The notes: generated by a model not told the origin, from the sequence alone. A DNA stretch of 64,000 nt from Bacteroidota bacterium (GCA_034189025.1 JAXHVS010000085.1:893-64892), one strand, 5' to 3'. Positions 47,223-60,720 are shown, counted from the stretch's first letter. Program-made: numbers and translations.

Positions 47223-50200
47223 CTACTTTCTTAATTGAATTTTATTACTATAAACTTTTCCATCGTAAATTATTCTTATAATATAAATACCGTTATTTAA
47301 ATGATTGAGGTTAATTCTGTTATCATCTTTGCTAATTTTACTTGAAAAAACATTAACTCCGGATAAAGAATAAACATCAATATTCGTTTGCACATTAATA
47401 TGTTCAGGAATCTCGATAGAAATATTACCTTTTGTTGGATTTGGATAAACTTTTAACGTTTCTACCCCAATAAATTCATTAATACCTACATAAGTCATGT
47501 TAATATATTCCGACCCTGATTCATAACCCGTATCGTTAATATAGCCAATAATTTTTACTCTGTAAGTACGACTTTCATTGATTTCTGTATTAAAAATATT
47601 ATTTCCAATTGTAAAGTCAGTGATCGTTTTATGCACAACATTATTCAAATCAATCTGTATAGAATCATAATTTTCCTGAATGGTTGCATCTATAGATATT
47701 GTATTATCAATATCTTCAGGTTTGAATAATTTATTTAATTTTGGGTTAAAATCAGCAATGGCCAGGCTGTTATTCGATTCATATGAATTACCATTATGAT
47801 AGCTTATGAGTTTTACTTCATATTCTCCTTCGTTTTCAACCTGAAAATTAAACACATTAGATCCTGCTGTTGTTAAACCAATTTTATCGGTTAAAACGTC
47901 ATCTACAAAAAATTCAACAGAATCGGCATCAGCAAAAAGTATATAAGAACTTGAAATTGTTTGTTGGCCAATATACTTTGTAGTATTTATTTCAGGTAAG
48001 TATTTTGATTTAGCTGTCCATATTCCTCTTCCGTGAGTAGCAATTACAACCTGATCATCCTGATAAAACATATCATAAACAGAAACAGCAGGTAATCCAT
48101 AATTAGCATAATGCCAAGTTGTACCATTATCTTTAGATTCAAATAAGCCAATATCTGTTCCTGCCCAAATTGTATTTGGTTCGTCGGGTAATACAAGTAA
48201 TGACTGAGTTACAACATCAGGGAAACCATTAGAACTGGTTTCATTACCAACAAATCCGGTAATATCTTCCCATGTTTGGCCGAGGTCTTCTGTTTTTAAA
48301 ATTTTAGGTGCATCAGCCACAGAAAATAGGATATAGGCAGTAGAATCTTGATACGGATGTGTAGCAATACCGCTAATAAAAGCATTCATTTCTACTTCTG
48401 TAAATTCGTTAACGGCACTAAATGTTTCACCCTGATCATCAGAAACGAATATTTTCCATCCATTTGCACCAGACATGGCAGCACCAGCCCAAACGATATT
48501 TTCGTTTGCTAACGAAACTTCAACATTCAGTTGACTTGGGACATAGCCTTGACTTGCATAAGGGTTCCATCCTTCAGGCATTGTTTTACTGATCCATGAT
48601 TCTGCAAAATTTGTACTTTTATAAATAGATTCTGCACCAACAGCAAATAATACATCAGGTGTAGATGGGTGAGATGAAATCCTGGAAATAAAAGGGCCAT
48701 CGTTACTAGTAATTCCATTTGTGGCCAAGCTCCAGGTTACACCTCCGTTTAAGGTTCTGTAAAATGCATTATTATAGATGCTACCAATAATTTTGTTTTT
48801 ATCATTATAGTGCCACATACACTCAAATCCATCACCGCCGAGTTGGAATAAATAATGGGATGACGAGGAAGAATTATCCCCAGTTTGTGTTCTCCATGTA
48901 CCATTATCCTGCATTCCTCCAATATATTCATTGGTATATGGTTTTTTAGCGGCTCCATAAAACTGAGTAGTGATATAGTTATCGGGTAACTGATTAAATG
49001 TTTCTCCACTGTCAAATGAAATACCTAAACCTCCATCGTTTGCATTTACAATTAAGAAACTGTCGGTAGCTTCATTAATTGGAACCATTATAAGGTTATG
49101 ATGGTCGGGATGCAAACCAGGAATTTTTGTGGTTCCCATGCCAACACTTTGATTATAGTTGTTGTCTCCTCCATATTGTCCATAGGCATCAGCTACAATA
49201 TAATTAGTTCCTTTTTGTAATTGAGTTGTTCCGTAGATGACACTTATTTTAGATTGGGGGAGATTATTTGGATCCCATGTACCACCAGTTGCTAGCGTTG
49301 GCCAGAAAAAATAAATTTGTTTGTATGAATGTCCTGCATCCTGGGCGATTTGTGGAGATGCAGTTTCTGAATATTCTACAGAATTAATAAATAAATACTC
49401 CCTTCCTTTGGTATCATCTTCCGGATCAAGTGCGATTAAGTTAAAAGCTCCGTCTTCTTCCTGATCTCTGAAAGATGCCATTAATTGTTTATTATTAGTA
49501 ATATCCCATACTTCAAAAGGTACATCAACATAATCTTCATAATAATAACCTGATGCAGGTACTTCAGGCCCTAGTCCTCCAACCGTAAAACGATGAGCCT
49601 TTTGGCTTAACCCTGGACCAAATCGAATTTCTATAGAAACAAAATCATCATTATCTAAATTTGTGGCTCCGTTATTTGTTCCCAATTCCATTCCTCCATC
49701 AAGGAATTCTCCCTCAAAGTTAATAAAAGCTAAAAAAGACGAAGTATTATCTAAAGAAACACTTTTTACGCTGGGTTCAGATTCTTCAACTGTACCCGGA
49801 TCCGAAAAATCAACTTTCCATAAATCAACACCTCCCACAAATGCTATATCTTTGTTATAGGGATGAGCTTCAATAATATTGTCATATTCACCTTGTCCAC
49901 CCATATAATTTTTATTATTTCCATTTTTATCTTCAAATTTAAACCATGTTTCACCAGCATCTGTTGACCGATATACATAAGATTCTGTTGTACTAACATT
50001 TATTGATATATAAATTATATTAGGGTCAACTGGGGAAACAGCAAGTTCATAACGTTGCCCTGCAATAAGTTCATCAAATGAAATTGTCCAGTTTTCTCCT
50101 GCATCGTTTGATTTTAATATTCCATAGCTATTTACACCAGCATACAAAATATTAAAATCATTGGGATTAGTTACTAAATCTTCTACTCCATTAGCATTTG

Positions 50201-50975
50201 TATAAACAGTATCCCATTGTAAACCGCCATCAGTAGACTTCATAATACCTTCTTCGGTAGCTGCAATAACAATATTTTCATTGTTGGGGTCTACCACTAA
50301 CCGGTTTATGTACGCGAAGTAATCATTATTTGTAGTTGATGCTAATTGAGTCCAACTTTCACCTTTATCGGTTGTTTTAAAAATTCCATTTCCTTCAAGG
50401 TAAGTTCCTCCCGGAAAACTTTCACCTGTTCCTGCGTAAATTACTTGAGTATTTGAAGCAGCCATTGCCAAAGTATTGGCTGATAAATTTGGAAATTCAT
50501 CAGTTAAGCATGTCCAATTATGTCCACCGTCTGTAGTTTTCCAAACACCTCCTGTTGCAGCACCAGCGTACCAGGTATTATGTGTTTGGTCATCGGGATC
50601 CACAATTAACCCACGAGTTCTACCTCCTACATTGGCTGGCCCGCGTTGTACAAAAACAATATCGTTGGTTCCTAATTTTAATTTGCTACTTTTTGCTTTG
50701 GCTGAGTTTAACTCTTTTATTTTATAATTCATTGGATATGAGTTCTCATCTTCACCAAATCGTGTTGTTATTTCTTTAAAATAACGGGTAAACTCATCAG
50801 GTTTATCTGCTTTAGATTCACTTTTTAACTTTTTTTGTTGAATTTCATATTCATAAAATTCACTTGGTGTAAAAAATTGGGCTAATTGATTATTTTCATT
50901 CCCGGTAAAGAAAAGAAAATAACTAATTATTCCACCTGCAATTGCAGTTAATAAAATGATGTAGAATTTTTTCAT
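47223..50975 (-). CDS. large BNR/Asp-box (sortilin/VPS10-like beta-propeller) protein with a T9SS C-terminal sorting domain
   Basis: 1250 aa with an N-terminal anchor or signal. About 11 Asp-boxes, including TTDGGHNW, TTDKGESW, STDGGLQW, SNDAGENW, STDAGETW, SDDQGETF, TEDLGQTW and SKDNGTTW. The C-terminus KVYPNPTKGNISIEIP...GIYIIRIIYDGKVYSNKIQLRK is a type-A T9SS tail. Confidence 0.8.
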   Translation of the reverse strand: MKKFYIILLTAIAGGIISYFLFFTGNENNQLAQFFTPSEFYEYEIQQKKLKSESKADKPDEFTRYFKEITTRFGEDENSYPMNYKIKELNSAKAKSSKLKLGTNDIVFVQRGPANVGGRTRGLIVDPDDQTHNTWYAGAATGGVWKTTDGGHNWTCLTDEFPNLSANTLAMAASNTQVIYAGTGESFPGGTYLEGNGIFKTTDKGESWTQLASTTNNDYFAYINRLVVDPNNENIVIAATEEGIMKSTDGGLQWDTVYTNANGVEDLVTNPNDFNILYAGVNSYGILKSNDAGENWTISFDELIAGQRYELAVSPVDPNIIYISINVSTTESYVYRSTDAGETWFKFEDKNGNNKNYMGGQGEYDNIIEAHPYNKDIAFVGGVDLWKVDFSDPGTVEESEPSVKSVSLDNTSSFLAFINFEGEFLDGGMELGTNNGATNLDNDDFVSIEIRFGPGLSQKAHRFTVGGLGPEVPASGYYYEDYVDVPFEVWDITNNKQLMASFRDQEEDGAFNLIALDPEDDTKGREYLFINSVEYSETASPQIAQDAGHSYKQIYFFWPTLATGGTWDPNNLPQSKISVIYGTTQLQKGTNYIVADAYGQYGGDNNYNQSVGMGTTKIPGLHPDHHNLIMVPINEATDSFLIVNANDGGLGISFDSGETFNQLPDNYITTQFYGAAKKPYTNEYIGGMQDNGTWRTQTGDNSSSSSHYLFQLGGDGFECMWHYNDKNKIIGSIYNNAFYRTLNGGVTWSLATNGITSNDGPFISRISSHPSTPDVLFAVGAESIYKSTNFAESWISKTMPEGWNPYASQGYVPSQLNVEVSLANENIVWAGAAMSGANGWKIFVSDDQGETFSAVNEFTEVEMNAFISGIATHPYQDSTAYILFSVADAPKILKTEDLGQTWEDITGFVGNETSSNGFPDVVTQSLLVLPDEPNTIWAGTDIGLFESKDNGTTWHYANYGLPAVSVYDMFYQDDQVVIATHGRGIWTAKSKYLPEINTTKYIGQQTISSSYILFADADSVEFFVDDVLTDKIGLTTAGSNVFNFQVENEGEYEVKLISYHNGNSYESNNSLAIADFNPKLNKLFKPEDIDNTISIDATIQENYDSIQIDLNNVVHKTITDFTIGNNIFNTEINESRTYRVKIIGYINDTGYESGSEYINMTYVGINEFIGVETLKVYPNPTKGNISIEIPEHINVQTNIDVYSLSGVNVFSSKISKDDNRINLNHLNNGIYIIRIIYDGKVYSNKIQLRK

Positions 50976-51002
50976 AATTTTAAAATTATAATTTATTTTA
51001 TT

Positions 51003-51458
51003 TTATTTTATATTCGTATTTTTATTATACTCTTTGATATTACCTGTTTGTATATCAATGAGTTGATATTTTATATTGGTACCCTCTGGTTTATCGATGA
51101 TGCCAAAATATCGAGTTAAAAGTAGATGTGTATTAGAATGCCATTGAATTTTTGTATTGTTAAAACTATTTTCATAAATAATTGAATCAGTATTTTTATC
51201 GTATATAATAAAATGAATATCTGTTACCGGGTTTGCTGAATTTATTTCTTTTTCCGATAAAAAAAGGATATAATTACCTTTGTTATTAGGAATTGATTGT
51301 ATAGAATCATGATCAGTAAAATAATTACTAATTGGTTTTTTAACAAAATCCTCTTTAGTTTGGGTTTGGTTTTCTTGTTTTATTTGGTTATTCAAATTAC
51401 ATGCTGATAGTATACATATAAATAAAAAAAAGGATAGCCCATAAAAATATTTTTTCAT
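51003..51458 (-). CDS. small lipoprotein, unknown function
   Basis: 151 aa with lipobox ILSAC. No motif recognised. Confidence 0.5.
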   Translation of the reverse strand: MKKYFYGLSFFLFICILSACNLNNQIKQENQTQTKEDFVKKPISNYFTDHDSIQSIPNNKGNYILFLSEKEINSANPVTDIHFIIYDKNTDSIIYENSFNNTKIQWHSNTHLLLTRYFGIIDKPEGTNIKYQLIDIQTGNIKEYNKNTNIK

Positions 51459-51681
51459 ATTAAATTTTTAATGATTTATAAATTAAGTAAAACCATACAA
51501 AGCTAATTTTTTTTCATTCTTATGCAAAGAGTTGAAACGTAGTTTTAAGAAAAAAATATCTATTTGTCTTATTTATCGATAAACAATAAATTATTAAAAC
51601 CCTGGTTTCTTTCCAATTATGTAAAATAATAGAGATTTTTTTTTCTAAAATTTTACGCTTTATTATTTTGCATTTCACAAT

Positions 51682-51709
51682 TTTGTTTAAGCATAAAATA
51701 TTACATTTG
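51682..51709 (+). promoter_or_regulatory. Bacteroidota-type promoter candidate for secA
   Basis: TACATTTG at 51702-51709 lies 35 nt upstream of the ATG. A TTTG sits at 51682-51685. The 16-nt spacing is shorter than the usual 19-21 nt. Confidence 0.35.
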
Positions 51710-51744
51710 TAGATTAATAAAAACTCAAATAAACACATTAAATA

Positions 51745-54700
51745 ATGGCTTTACTTACAAATATTTTAACCAGATTTTTTGGAAATAAATCTGAAAGAGA
51801 TATTAGAGAAATTTCTCCAATATTAGAATTAATAAAGGAAGAATATAAAAAAATTATTCAACTAAGTAATGATGATTTACGTTCTGAAGCTACTACTATC
51901 CGGCAGGGAATATTAAATCATATTCGTGAAGAAAATAAAAAAGTTACTGACCTTAAAATAAAAGCTGAAAGCGATGAGGTTGATGTTTTAGATAAAGAAA
52001 AAATTTATGATGAAATTGATAAAATTGAGAAAATTATAGATCAAAAACTTGAGGATAAGCTGAATGAAGTTTTACCTATTGTTTTTGCTATAGTTAAAGA
52101 AACAGCACGCCGTTTTAAGGAAAATGAATATATTGAAGTTACTGCCAATGATTTTGATCGCAATTTAGCCGCAAAATATGAACATGTTAAAATAAAAGGG
52201 GATATAGCAAGGTATTATAACTCGTGGATAGCCGGGGGTAATGAGATTACATGGGATATGGTACATTATGATGTTCAGCTTGTCGGTGGAATAGTATTGC
52301 ATCAGGGTAAAATTGCAGAGATGGCTACTGGAGAAGGAAAAACCTTAGTAGCAACCTTACCTGTTTTCCTTAATGCACTTACAGGAAGAGGAGTTCATAT
52401 TGTTACCGTAAATGATTATTTGGCAAAACGTGACTCTGAATGGATGGGGCCAATTTTCGAATTTCATGGTTTATCTGTTGATTGTATCGACAAACACGAA
52501 CCTAATTCCGATTCAAGAAGAAAAGCTTACCTTGCTGATATTACTTACGGTACCAATAATGAGTTTGGATTTGATTACCTTAGAGATAACATGGCGATTA
52601 ATCCTGAAGACCTGGTACAAAGAAAACACAATTATACCATTGTCGATGAGGTAGACTCAGTATTGATTGATGATGCCCGAACGCCTTTAATCATTTCTGG
52701 CCCGGTTCCTAAAGGAGATATGCAACTTTTTGATGAGCTAAAACCTAAAGTTGAAACACTTGTTGAAGAACAAAGAAAATTAGTAAATCAGATATTAGCC
52801 GAAGCACGAAAAGAACTTAATGATCGGAATAATGAAAAAGCCGGCTTTTTGCTTTTGCAAGCATATAAAGGTTTGCCAAAAAATAAAGCTTTAATTAAAC
52901 TATTATCCGAAGAAGGTAATAAATCATTGATGCTAAAAACCGAAAACTATTATATGCAAGATAATAGTAAGCATATGCACAAGGTTACCGATGATCTGTT
53001 TTTTATTATTGATGAGAAGAGTAACTCGATTGAAATGACCGATAAGGGGATTGATGTTATTACCTCAAAATCTGATGATTCTAAATTCTTTGTTTTACCT
53101 GATATTGGTTCTGAAGTAGCCGAATTGGAAAAATCAGAATTGAAAGAATCAGAAAAGCTTTCTAAAAAAGATAAATTGCTTCAGGATTATGCCGTAAAAT
53201 CTGAAAGAATTCACACTATTAATCAATTACTTAAAGCCTATACGCTTTTCGAGAAAGATATTGAATATGTAGTTATAGACAATAAAGTTAAAATTGTTGA
53301 TGAACAAACCGGCCGTATTATGGAAGGCCGTCGATATTCTGATGGTTTACATCAGGCCATTGAAGCAAAAGAAAGGGTTAAGGTTGAAGCAGCAACTCAA
53401 ACTTTTGCTACTATTACTTTGCAGAATTATTTCCGTATGTATCATAAATTGGCTGGTATGACAGGTACAGCTGAAACAGAAGCTGGCGAGTTTTGGGATA
53501 TCTATAAATTAGATGTAGTAGTGATACCCACCAATAAACCAATAGTTCGTAATGATTATGAAGATTTAGTTTATAAAACGAAGCGTGAAAAATATAATGC
53601 AGTAATTGATGAAATTGTTGAGCTGGTAAATCATGGACGCCCGGTTTTGGTTGGTACTACATCAGTAGAAATATCCGAGCTTTTGAGCCGCATGCTTAAA
53701 ATTAAGGGAATAAAGCATAATGTATTAAATGCAAAATTACACCAGCGTGAGGCTGAAATTGTTGCTGAAGCAGGTAAATCGAAAACGGTAACTATTGCAA
53801 CGAATATGGCAGGTAGAGGTACTGACATTAAACTTTCAAAAGAAGTAAAAGAGGTAGGAGGTTTAGCCATTGTAGGTACCGAGCGCCATGAGTCTCGACG
53901 CGTAGACCGTCAGCTGCGTGGACGTGCCGGACGACAGGGAGATCCCGGGTCATCTCAATTTTTTGTCTCTCTCGAAGATGATTTAATGCGCTTATTTGGG
54001 TCAGGGAGAATTGCTGGTATTATGGACCGCCTTGGATTAAAAGAAGGAGAGGTAATTCAACATTCTATGATTTCAAAATCCATTGAACGCGCTCAGAAAA
54101 AAGTTGAAGAAAATAACTTTGGCATTCGTAAGCGATTGCTTGAATATGACGATGTGATGAACTCACAACGTGAGGTTATTTATAAAAAACGACGACATGC
54201 CCTATATGGTGAACGTTTGGGGGTTGATATTGCCAATATGATGTTCGATGTGTGTGAGAATCTAGTTTATGATTATCAGGAAAATGGTGATTTTGAAGGG
54301 TTTAAATTTGAGCTATTACGTACTTTTTCTATTGAGCCTCCATTTGGTGAAGAAGAGTTTTTGAAAGAAAATGCTGAAGGCTTAATTGATAAGGTTTACA
54401 AAGTTGTTCTTGAAACGTATAAAAGAAAAGAAGAAGCTATTGCAAAACAAGCTTATCCTGTAATTAAAAATGTATACGAAAAAAGTGGACAAACGTATGA
54501 GAACATTGTAGTACCTATTACAGATGGTTCAAGAACACTACAGGTAATAACCAACTTAAAAAAATCGTACGAAACAGAAGGCCGTGATTTGGTTAAATCT
54601 TACCAGAAATCAGCTATTCTTGCTAATATCGATGAAGCCTGGAAAGAACATTTACGCGAACTAGATGATTTAAAACAATCGGTACAAGCAGCAACTTACG

Positions 54701-55038
54701 AGCAAAAAGACCCTTTATTGATTTATAAGTTTGAATCATTTGAATTGTTTAAAACAATGATTAATAAAGTAAATCGTGATGTTGTTGCTACCTTGGTTAA
54801 AGGACATATTCCAATTCAAGATCCTGATCAGGTTCGTGAAGCAGAAAAACGAAGAAAAACCGACTATAGTAAATATCAAACCAGCAGGCCCGATCAGGTT
54901 GGTGGTGACCAGGATAACAAAAAGCAAAAAGCACAACCCGTACGTGTAGAGAAGAAAGTGGGACGTAACGATCCGTGTCCTTGTGGCAGTGGTAAAAAAT
55001 ATAAGAATTGCCATGGTAGAGTACAAGCAAATGCTTAA
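51745..55038 (+). CDS. secA: preprotein translocase ATPase SecA
   Basis: 1097 aa. Walker [19 protein letters not shown]-like [19 protein letters not shown], and the C-terminal zinc motif [14 protein letters not shown]. Confidence 0.95.
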   Translation: MALLTNILTRFFGNKSERDIREISPILELIKEEYKKIIQLSNDDLRSEATTIRQGILNHIREENKKVTDLKIKAESDEVDVLDKEKIYDEIDKIEKIIDQKLEDKLNEVLPIVFAIVKETARRFKENEYIEVTANDFDRNLAAKYEHVKIKGDIARYYNSWIAGGNEITWDMVHYDVQLVGGIVLHQGKIAEMATGEGKTLVATLPVFLNALTGRGVHIVTVNDYLAKRDSEWMGPIFEFHGLSVDCIDKHEPNSDSRRKAYLADITYGTNNEFGFDYLRDNMAINPEDLVQRKHNYTIVDEVDSVLIDDARTPLIISGPVPKGDMQLFDELKPKVETLVEEQRKLVNQILAEARKELNDRNNEKAGFLLLQAYKGLPKNKALIKLLSEEGNKSLMLKTENYYMQDNSKHMHKVTDDLFFIIDEKSNSIEMTDKGIDVITSKSDDSKFFVLPDIGSEVAELEKSELKESEKLSKKDKLLQDYAVKSERIHTINQLLKAYTLFEKDIEYVVIDNKVKIVDEQTGRIMEGRRYSDGLHQAIEAKERVKVEAATQTFATITLQNYFRMYHKLAGMTGTAETEAGEFWDIYKLDVVVIPTNKPIVRNDYEDLVYKTKREKYNAVIDEIVELVNHGRPVLVGTTSVEISELLSRMLKIKGIKHNVLNAKLHQREAEIVAEAGKSKTVTIATNMAGRGTDIKLSKEVKEVGGLAIVGTERHESRRVDRQLRGRAGRQGDPGSSQFFVSLEDDLMRLFGSGRIAGIMDRLGLKEGEVIQHSMISKSIERAQKKVEENNFGIRKRLLEYDDVMNSQREVIYKKRRHALYGERLGVDIANMMFDVCENLVYDYQENGDFEGFKFELLRTFSIEPPFGEEEFLKENAEGLIDKVYKVVLETYKRKEEAIAKQAYPVIKNVYEKSGQTYENIVVPITDGSRTLQVITNLKKSYETEGRDLVKSYQKSAILANIDEAWKEHLRELDDLKQSVQAATYEQKDPLLIYKFESFELFKTMINKVNRDVVATLVKGHIPIQDPDQVREAEKRRKTDYSKYQTSRPDQVGGDQDNKKQKAQPVRVEKKVGRNDPCPCGSGKKYKNCHGRVQANA

Positions 55039-55050
55039 AAGTCATATAAT

Positions 55051-55087
55051 AATAAAGCCTTGAGAAGTTATTTTTTGAGGCTTTATT
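55051..55087 (+). terminator. hairpin downstream of secA, a possible terminator
   Basis: 10-bp stem aataaagcct pairs with aggctttatt across a 17-nt loop. There is no strong trailing T-run beyond the stem. Confidence 0.4.
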
Positions 55088-56500
55088 TTACTTGTGAGGA
55101 TTATAACTGGCTGTGGTATGGTAAGTATGAAAATAGATTTTATTTTTTGCTCCTGCAAAATTAAAAGTTTGTGTTTTAGATATTCCTTTGGATGAATTTG
55201 TTTTTAAGATCAATTTATTATTGCCTCTATTTAAAGGAATACGACTATAAGAAATAGAGTAAGGAAGTGTTTGCCAGTTGCGGGTATCCGCTTTTTCAGT
55301 TATCGTGTTTACAATATTTATTAAACTTCCTAAACCTTCAACTTGTTCGTCGGCTAAAAGCTCTAAAGCTTTTTTGGTAGCTAATCGCATAATAGCATTT
55401 GCCATCTCACGTACCATCCTGTCATTTAGTGTTTTAAATGCAATATCATTAATATCTTGCAAAAGTTCTAATTTATAAATATTTGAGTTTTGATATATTT
55501 CTGCGCTATTATAAACAGGAGGACGCTCTACATATTTGGGAAAAGCTACCTTGAAAAAACGTAATTCTTCAAAAGCTTTTTTTTCTTTTGACGATTTATC
55601 GCCAATATAAAGAGGGAAGGAGAGATTATACTCTTCATTAACCAAGGTAATATATCCTTTTTTTTGATTTGAAATTTTTACAAAATTAATGCTGTTTTCT
55701 GTTTTATACGGGCCAAATCCGTTTAACCAAAAAAATACCACTTCGCCGTTTTCTTTAGGCTGATGTTGGTATTTCATTTTAAATTTATTTTCATAATAAG
55801 CTACTTCATCATAAAATCCGTTAAGATACGCTGTTCTTAATAAGTCCTTTTTTAGTTGTAGAGGTACGGAAATATTAAAATATTCTTTATAATCTGTTTC
55901 ATAAATAGATAAAGCATTTCGGTAGGCAATAAATGCATTATTATAGTCATGGTCAATTTCGTATAATATACCCATTAGGGTATGGGCAAAAGCATCGCGT
56001 TGATAACGATTTTTATGGTCTTTATATTTATCGTTTAGCTGATTTAATTTAATATTTATACGTCTGCATTCAACTAAGGCATCATCATATTTTTCTAACT
56101 TAATATAGTTTAAAGCCATAAAGTAATTAACCATTATGGTTTCAAAATCTTCAGGGCGATAAGGCTTTACATTCGGATTCGAAATTAGGGTAAGCGCTTC
56201 GAGATAATAATTTTTAATATAATCTTCGATTAAATGTTCTGCCTTTGTAAAGTAAAAATTACTTTCGTTATAATTTTGTAAAATCCAGGAAACATAACCT
56301 CTGTTTAAGTAATACAATAGTTGATTTTTTCCCGTTGCTTCATTTTTATGTTTTTCTAACCAATTATTAGCTTTTTGAAAATTTCCTGAAACAACATAAT
56401 TCTGAAAATCAACAGTTTGAGAATAATAGGTTGCACATCCTGTTAATAATAAAATAAAAATGAAGATAATGTGCTTATATTTTGATGAAAAAATCTTCAT
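55088..56500 (-). CDS. TPR-like lipoprotein, tentatively COG3014-like, unknown function
   Basis: 470 aa with lipobox LLLTGC. The N-terminal half is helical-repeat-like. Forms an operon with the LpoB-like gene 37 nt upstream. Confidence 0.45.
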   Translation of the reverse strand: MKIFSSKYKHIIFIFILLLTGCATYYSQTVDFQNYVVSGNFQKANNWLEKHKNEATGKNQLLYYLNRGYVSWILQNYNESNFYFTKAEHLIEDYIKNYYLEALTLISNPNVKPYRPEDFETIMVNYFMALNYIKLEKYDDALVECRRINIKLNQLNDKYKDHKNRYQRDAFAHTLMGILYEIDHDYNNAFIAYRNALSIYETDYKEYFNISVPLQLKKDLLRTAYLNGFYDEVAYYENKFKMKYQHQPKENGEVVFFWLNGFGPYKTENSINFVKISNQKKGYITLVNEEYNLSFPLYIGDKSSKEKKAFEELRFFKVAFPKYVERPPVYNSAEIYQNSNIYKLELLQDINDIAFKTLNDRMVREMANAIMRLATKKALELLADEQVEGLGSLINIVNTITEKADTRNWQTLPYSISYSRIPLNRGNNKLILKTNSSKGISKTQTFNFAGAKNKIYFHTYHTTASYNPHK

Positions 56501-56537
56501 TTATGGTTTGATTGAAAGATAAGGTTAACTGCTCACT

Positions 56538-57131
56538 CTAATTTTTAATATATTTTTTGATTTTCTTTTCACCCATCCAAACAATCTCATTGGTCTCCAG
56601 GTGAGATAATTCAAGGTTAATCTGATAATATACTATTTTTTCTTTTTTGTAGGTATCAACTATGGATGTAATGGTTCCTTGAAGCATATAATCGGCACCC
56701 AGTTCAATGCCCCAGTTTTTTGCTGTTTCTGATGATGCAAAATTCTGTTGATCCATTCTTTCCTGTCTAAGGGCATCTCTTTTGGCTCCTGCTTGTACTA
56801 ATCTTGCTGAGGCATCTTGAATTATTGCTCTTTCGATATCTTTAATAAACGTATTGGCATCGATATGTTCGTGGCTTTTATTTTTGATTAAACCAACGAT
56901 TAATATAGGACGTTTATTGGGATTTTTTGTTTTATAGAAATCAATCCATTGATCATGTAAAAGCTGATTAATCATTTCTTCAGCTACCATCCTGGAATCG
57001 GTATCATTCCATCGTCCACTTAAATCAGTCGTTTGTTCTGTTGAAATTCTTTGTACCTGTCTTTTTGGAGTACATCCATAAAACGTGAATACTAATGATG
57101 TTAGAATAAGAATGGAGTATATTTTATTCAT
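56538..57131 (-). CDS. LpoB-like (COG3417 / PF13036-type) lipoprotein
   Basis: 197 aa with lipobox TFYGC. DLSGRWNDTDSRMVAEEMI...RPILIVGLIKNKS...ADYMLQGTITS...LELSHLETNEIVW follows my recollection of the penicillin-binding-protein activator LpoB family layout. Not searched. Confidence 0.5.
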   Translation of the reverse strand: MNKIYSILILTSLVFTFYGCTPKRQVQRISTEQTTDLSGRWNDTDSRMVAEEMINQLLHDQWIDFYKTKNPNKRPILIVGLIKNKSHEHIDANTFIKDIERAIIQDASARLVQAGAKRDALRQERMDQQNFASSETAKNWGIELGADYMLQGTITSIVDTYKKEKIVYYQINLELSHLETNEIVWMGEKKIKKYIKN

Positions 57132-57190
57132 TTTACTAAAAGTTTAATTTGACATTATAAATATATCAAATTTTAGACCATATTATATGA

Positions 57191-58075
57191 TTATTGCTTA
57201 ATTTTTTTTATTAATTCAGCAATTTTCTGATTCGTTTCAGTACTTACAGGAACTAAAGGTAATCTTAAGTTATTTTTAATAATCCCCATATGGGCAAGTG
57301 CTGCTTTTACACCTGCTGGGTTTCCTTCAATAAATAAATAATCAATCAATTCTATTAATTTATAATGATTTTCCAGAGCTTCGGAAAAATTGTTTTGTAA
57401 AGCTAGTTGTACCATGGCCGAAAACTCTTTGGGGAAAACGTTTCCTACAACCGATATTACACCCGAAACACCTATTGACATTAAAGGAAGGGTAAGAGCA
57501 TCTTCGCCGGAAACAATAATAAAATCGGATGGTTTATTTTTAATAATTTCCATGGCTTGCGAAAAATTTCCCGAAGCTTCTTTTATTGCAACGATGTTTT
57601 CAAAATCATGTGCTAAGCGTAAGGTTGTTTTGGCTTGTATATTCGAACCTGTTCGTCCTGGCACATTGTATAAAATTACGGGCACAGGTGAAACTTGTGC
57701 AATGGCTTTAAAGTGTTGGTAAAGCCCTTCCTGACTTGGTTTGTTGTAATAAGGCGCAACAGACAAAATCGCATCAATCTGGTTAAAATCTGTATTATGG
57801 ATTTTATTTATAATAGATGATGTGTTATTACCTCCTATACCCAAAACAATAGGTATGCGATGGTTAACCTTCCTTTTAATAAAATTAACCAAATCATCTT
57901 TTTCTTCATTGGTTTGGGTAACCGACTCGCCTGTAGTCCCAAGTACCACAAGGTAGTTGATGTTATTAGAAATTAAATGCTCAATTTGTTTCTCCAGTGC
58001 TTCGTAATCAATTTCCAAATTATCTTTAAATGGTGTAACTATTGCTACACCTGTTCCAATAAATTTATTATCCAT
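57191..58075 (-). CDS. dapA: 4-hydroxy-tetrahydrodipicolinate synthase
   Basis: 294 aa. Motifs GTGVAIVTPF and VLGTTGES, with the active-site Lys region IVAIKEASGN. Confidence 0.95.
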   Translation of the reverse strand: MDNKFIGTGVAIVTPFKDNLEIDYEALEKQIEHLISNNINYLVVLGTTGESVTQTNEEKDDLVNFIKRKVNHRIPIVLGIGGNNTSSIINKIHNTDFNQIDAILSVAPYYNKPSQEGLYQHFKAIAQVSPVPVILYNVPGRTGSNIQAKTTLRLAHDFENIVAIKEASGNFSQAMEIIKNKPSDFIIVSGEDALTLPLMSIGVSGVISVVGNVFPKEFSAMVQLALQNNFSEALENHYKLIELIDYLFIEGNPAGVKAALAHMGIIKNNLRLPLVPVSTETNQKIAELIKKIKQ

Positions 58076-58079
58076 AATT

Positions 58080-58622
58080 TTATTGATTTATGAGTGTTAA
58101 ATAATGTTTTATTTGTTCAATAAGATATTCAATAGAATGATTTTTACCAATGTCAATCATTAAATCCTGATATTGATATTTTTCAGATTGTCTGCCAATT
58201 TTAAACGATGAGTTCGACAAATGCCCAATATAATATAAAGGAAAATATTCTTTTAGGCTTAAATCAATTAAAATATCAAAATGTTCTTGCATAAATTGAT
58301 GAATAACTTCATTTTTTGGTTTATAAAACCAGTTAAGGTCTTTTTTACAAAAGAAGTTTATCCCTTTACGCAATAATAAATTTTCAGGGATTTTTTTTTC
58401 AGGAACAAAACCCAGGGCAAAAACTTTTAAATTATTTTTTGCTAAAAACGACAGAAAATTTTTTACAATAGAAAATGATTCTTCGTCAGGGGAATTAAAA
58501 ATAATACCAACGGTTTGGGCTGAATTAAAATTGTGTACCTTAACCTGACGATTATTTTTTCTTAAATTTTTTTTAAGACTTAATCTTCCAATTATTTTTT
58601 TTATGTTTTCTAAATAATTCAC
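58080..58622 (-). CDS. conserved hypothetical protein
   Basis: 180 aa. Ends 4 nt before the dapA start. No motif recognised. Confidence 0.45.
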   Translation of the reverse strand: MNYLENIKKIIGRLSLKKNLRKNNRQVKVHNFNSAQTVGIIFNSPDEESFSIVKNFLSFLAKNNLKVFALGFVPEKKIPENLLLRKGINFFCKKDLNWFYKPKNEVIHQFMQEHFDILIDLSLKEYFPLYYIGHLSNSSFKIGRQSEKYQYQDLMIDIGKNHSIEYLIEQIKHYLTLINQ

Positions 58623-58674
58623 GCTACAAGTATATTAAAAATTTATGCTATTCCTCAGTCTTTACACCAGGAAT

Positions 58675-60720
<2,046 letters not shown>

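Noticed and set aside
51520-51738. 72-aa minus-strand ORF in the secA upstream spacer
   Set aside because: The region is very AT-rich. The product is Ile/Lys/Leu/Cys-rich with no motif. The ORF spans the predicted secA promoter, so it is probably non-coding.
58391-58399. T9 homopolymer (A9 on the coding strand) as a phase-variation tract, along with similar T8/A8 runs at about 44533 and 55577
   Set aside because: Runs of 8-9 A or T encoding Lys or Phe are common in a genome this AT-rich. These have no known recoding precedent. I checked the neighbouring out-of-frame stops only for dnaX, not for these.
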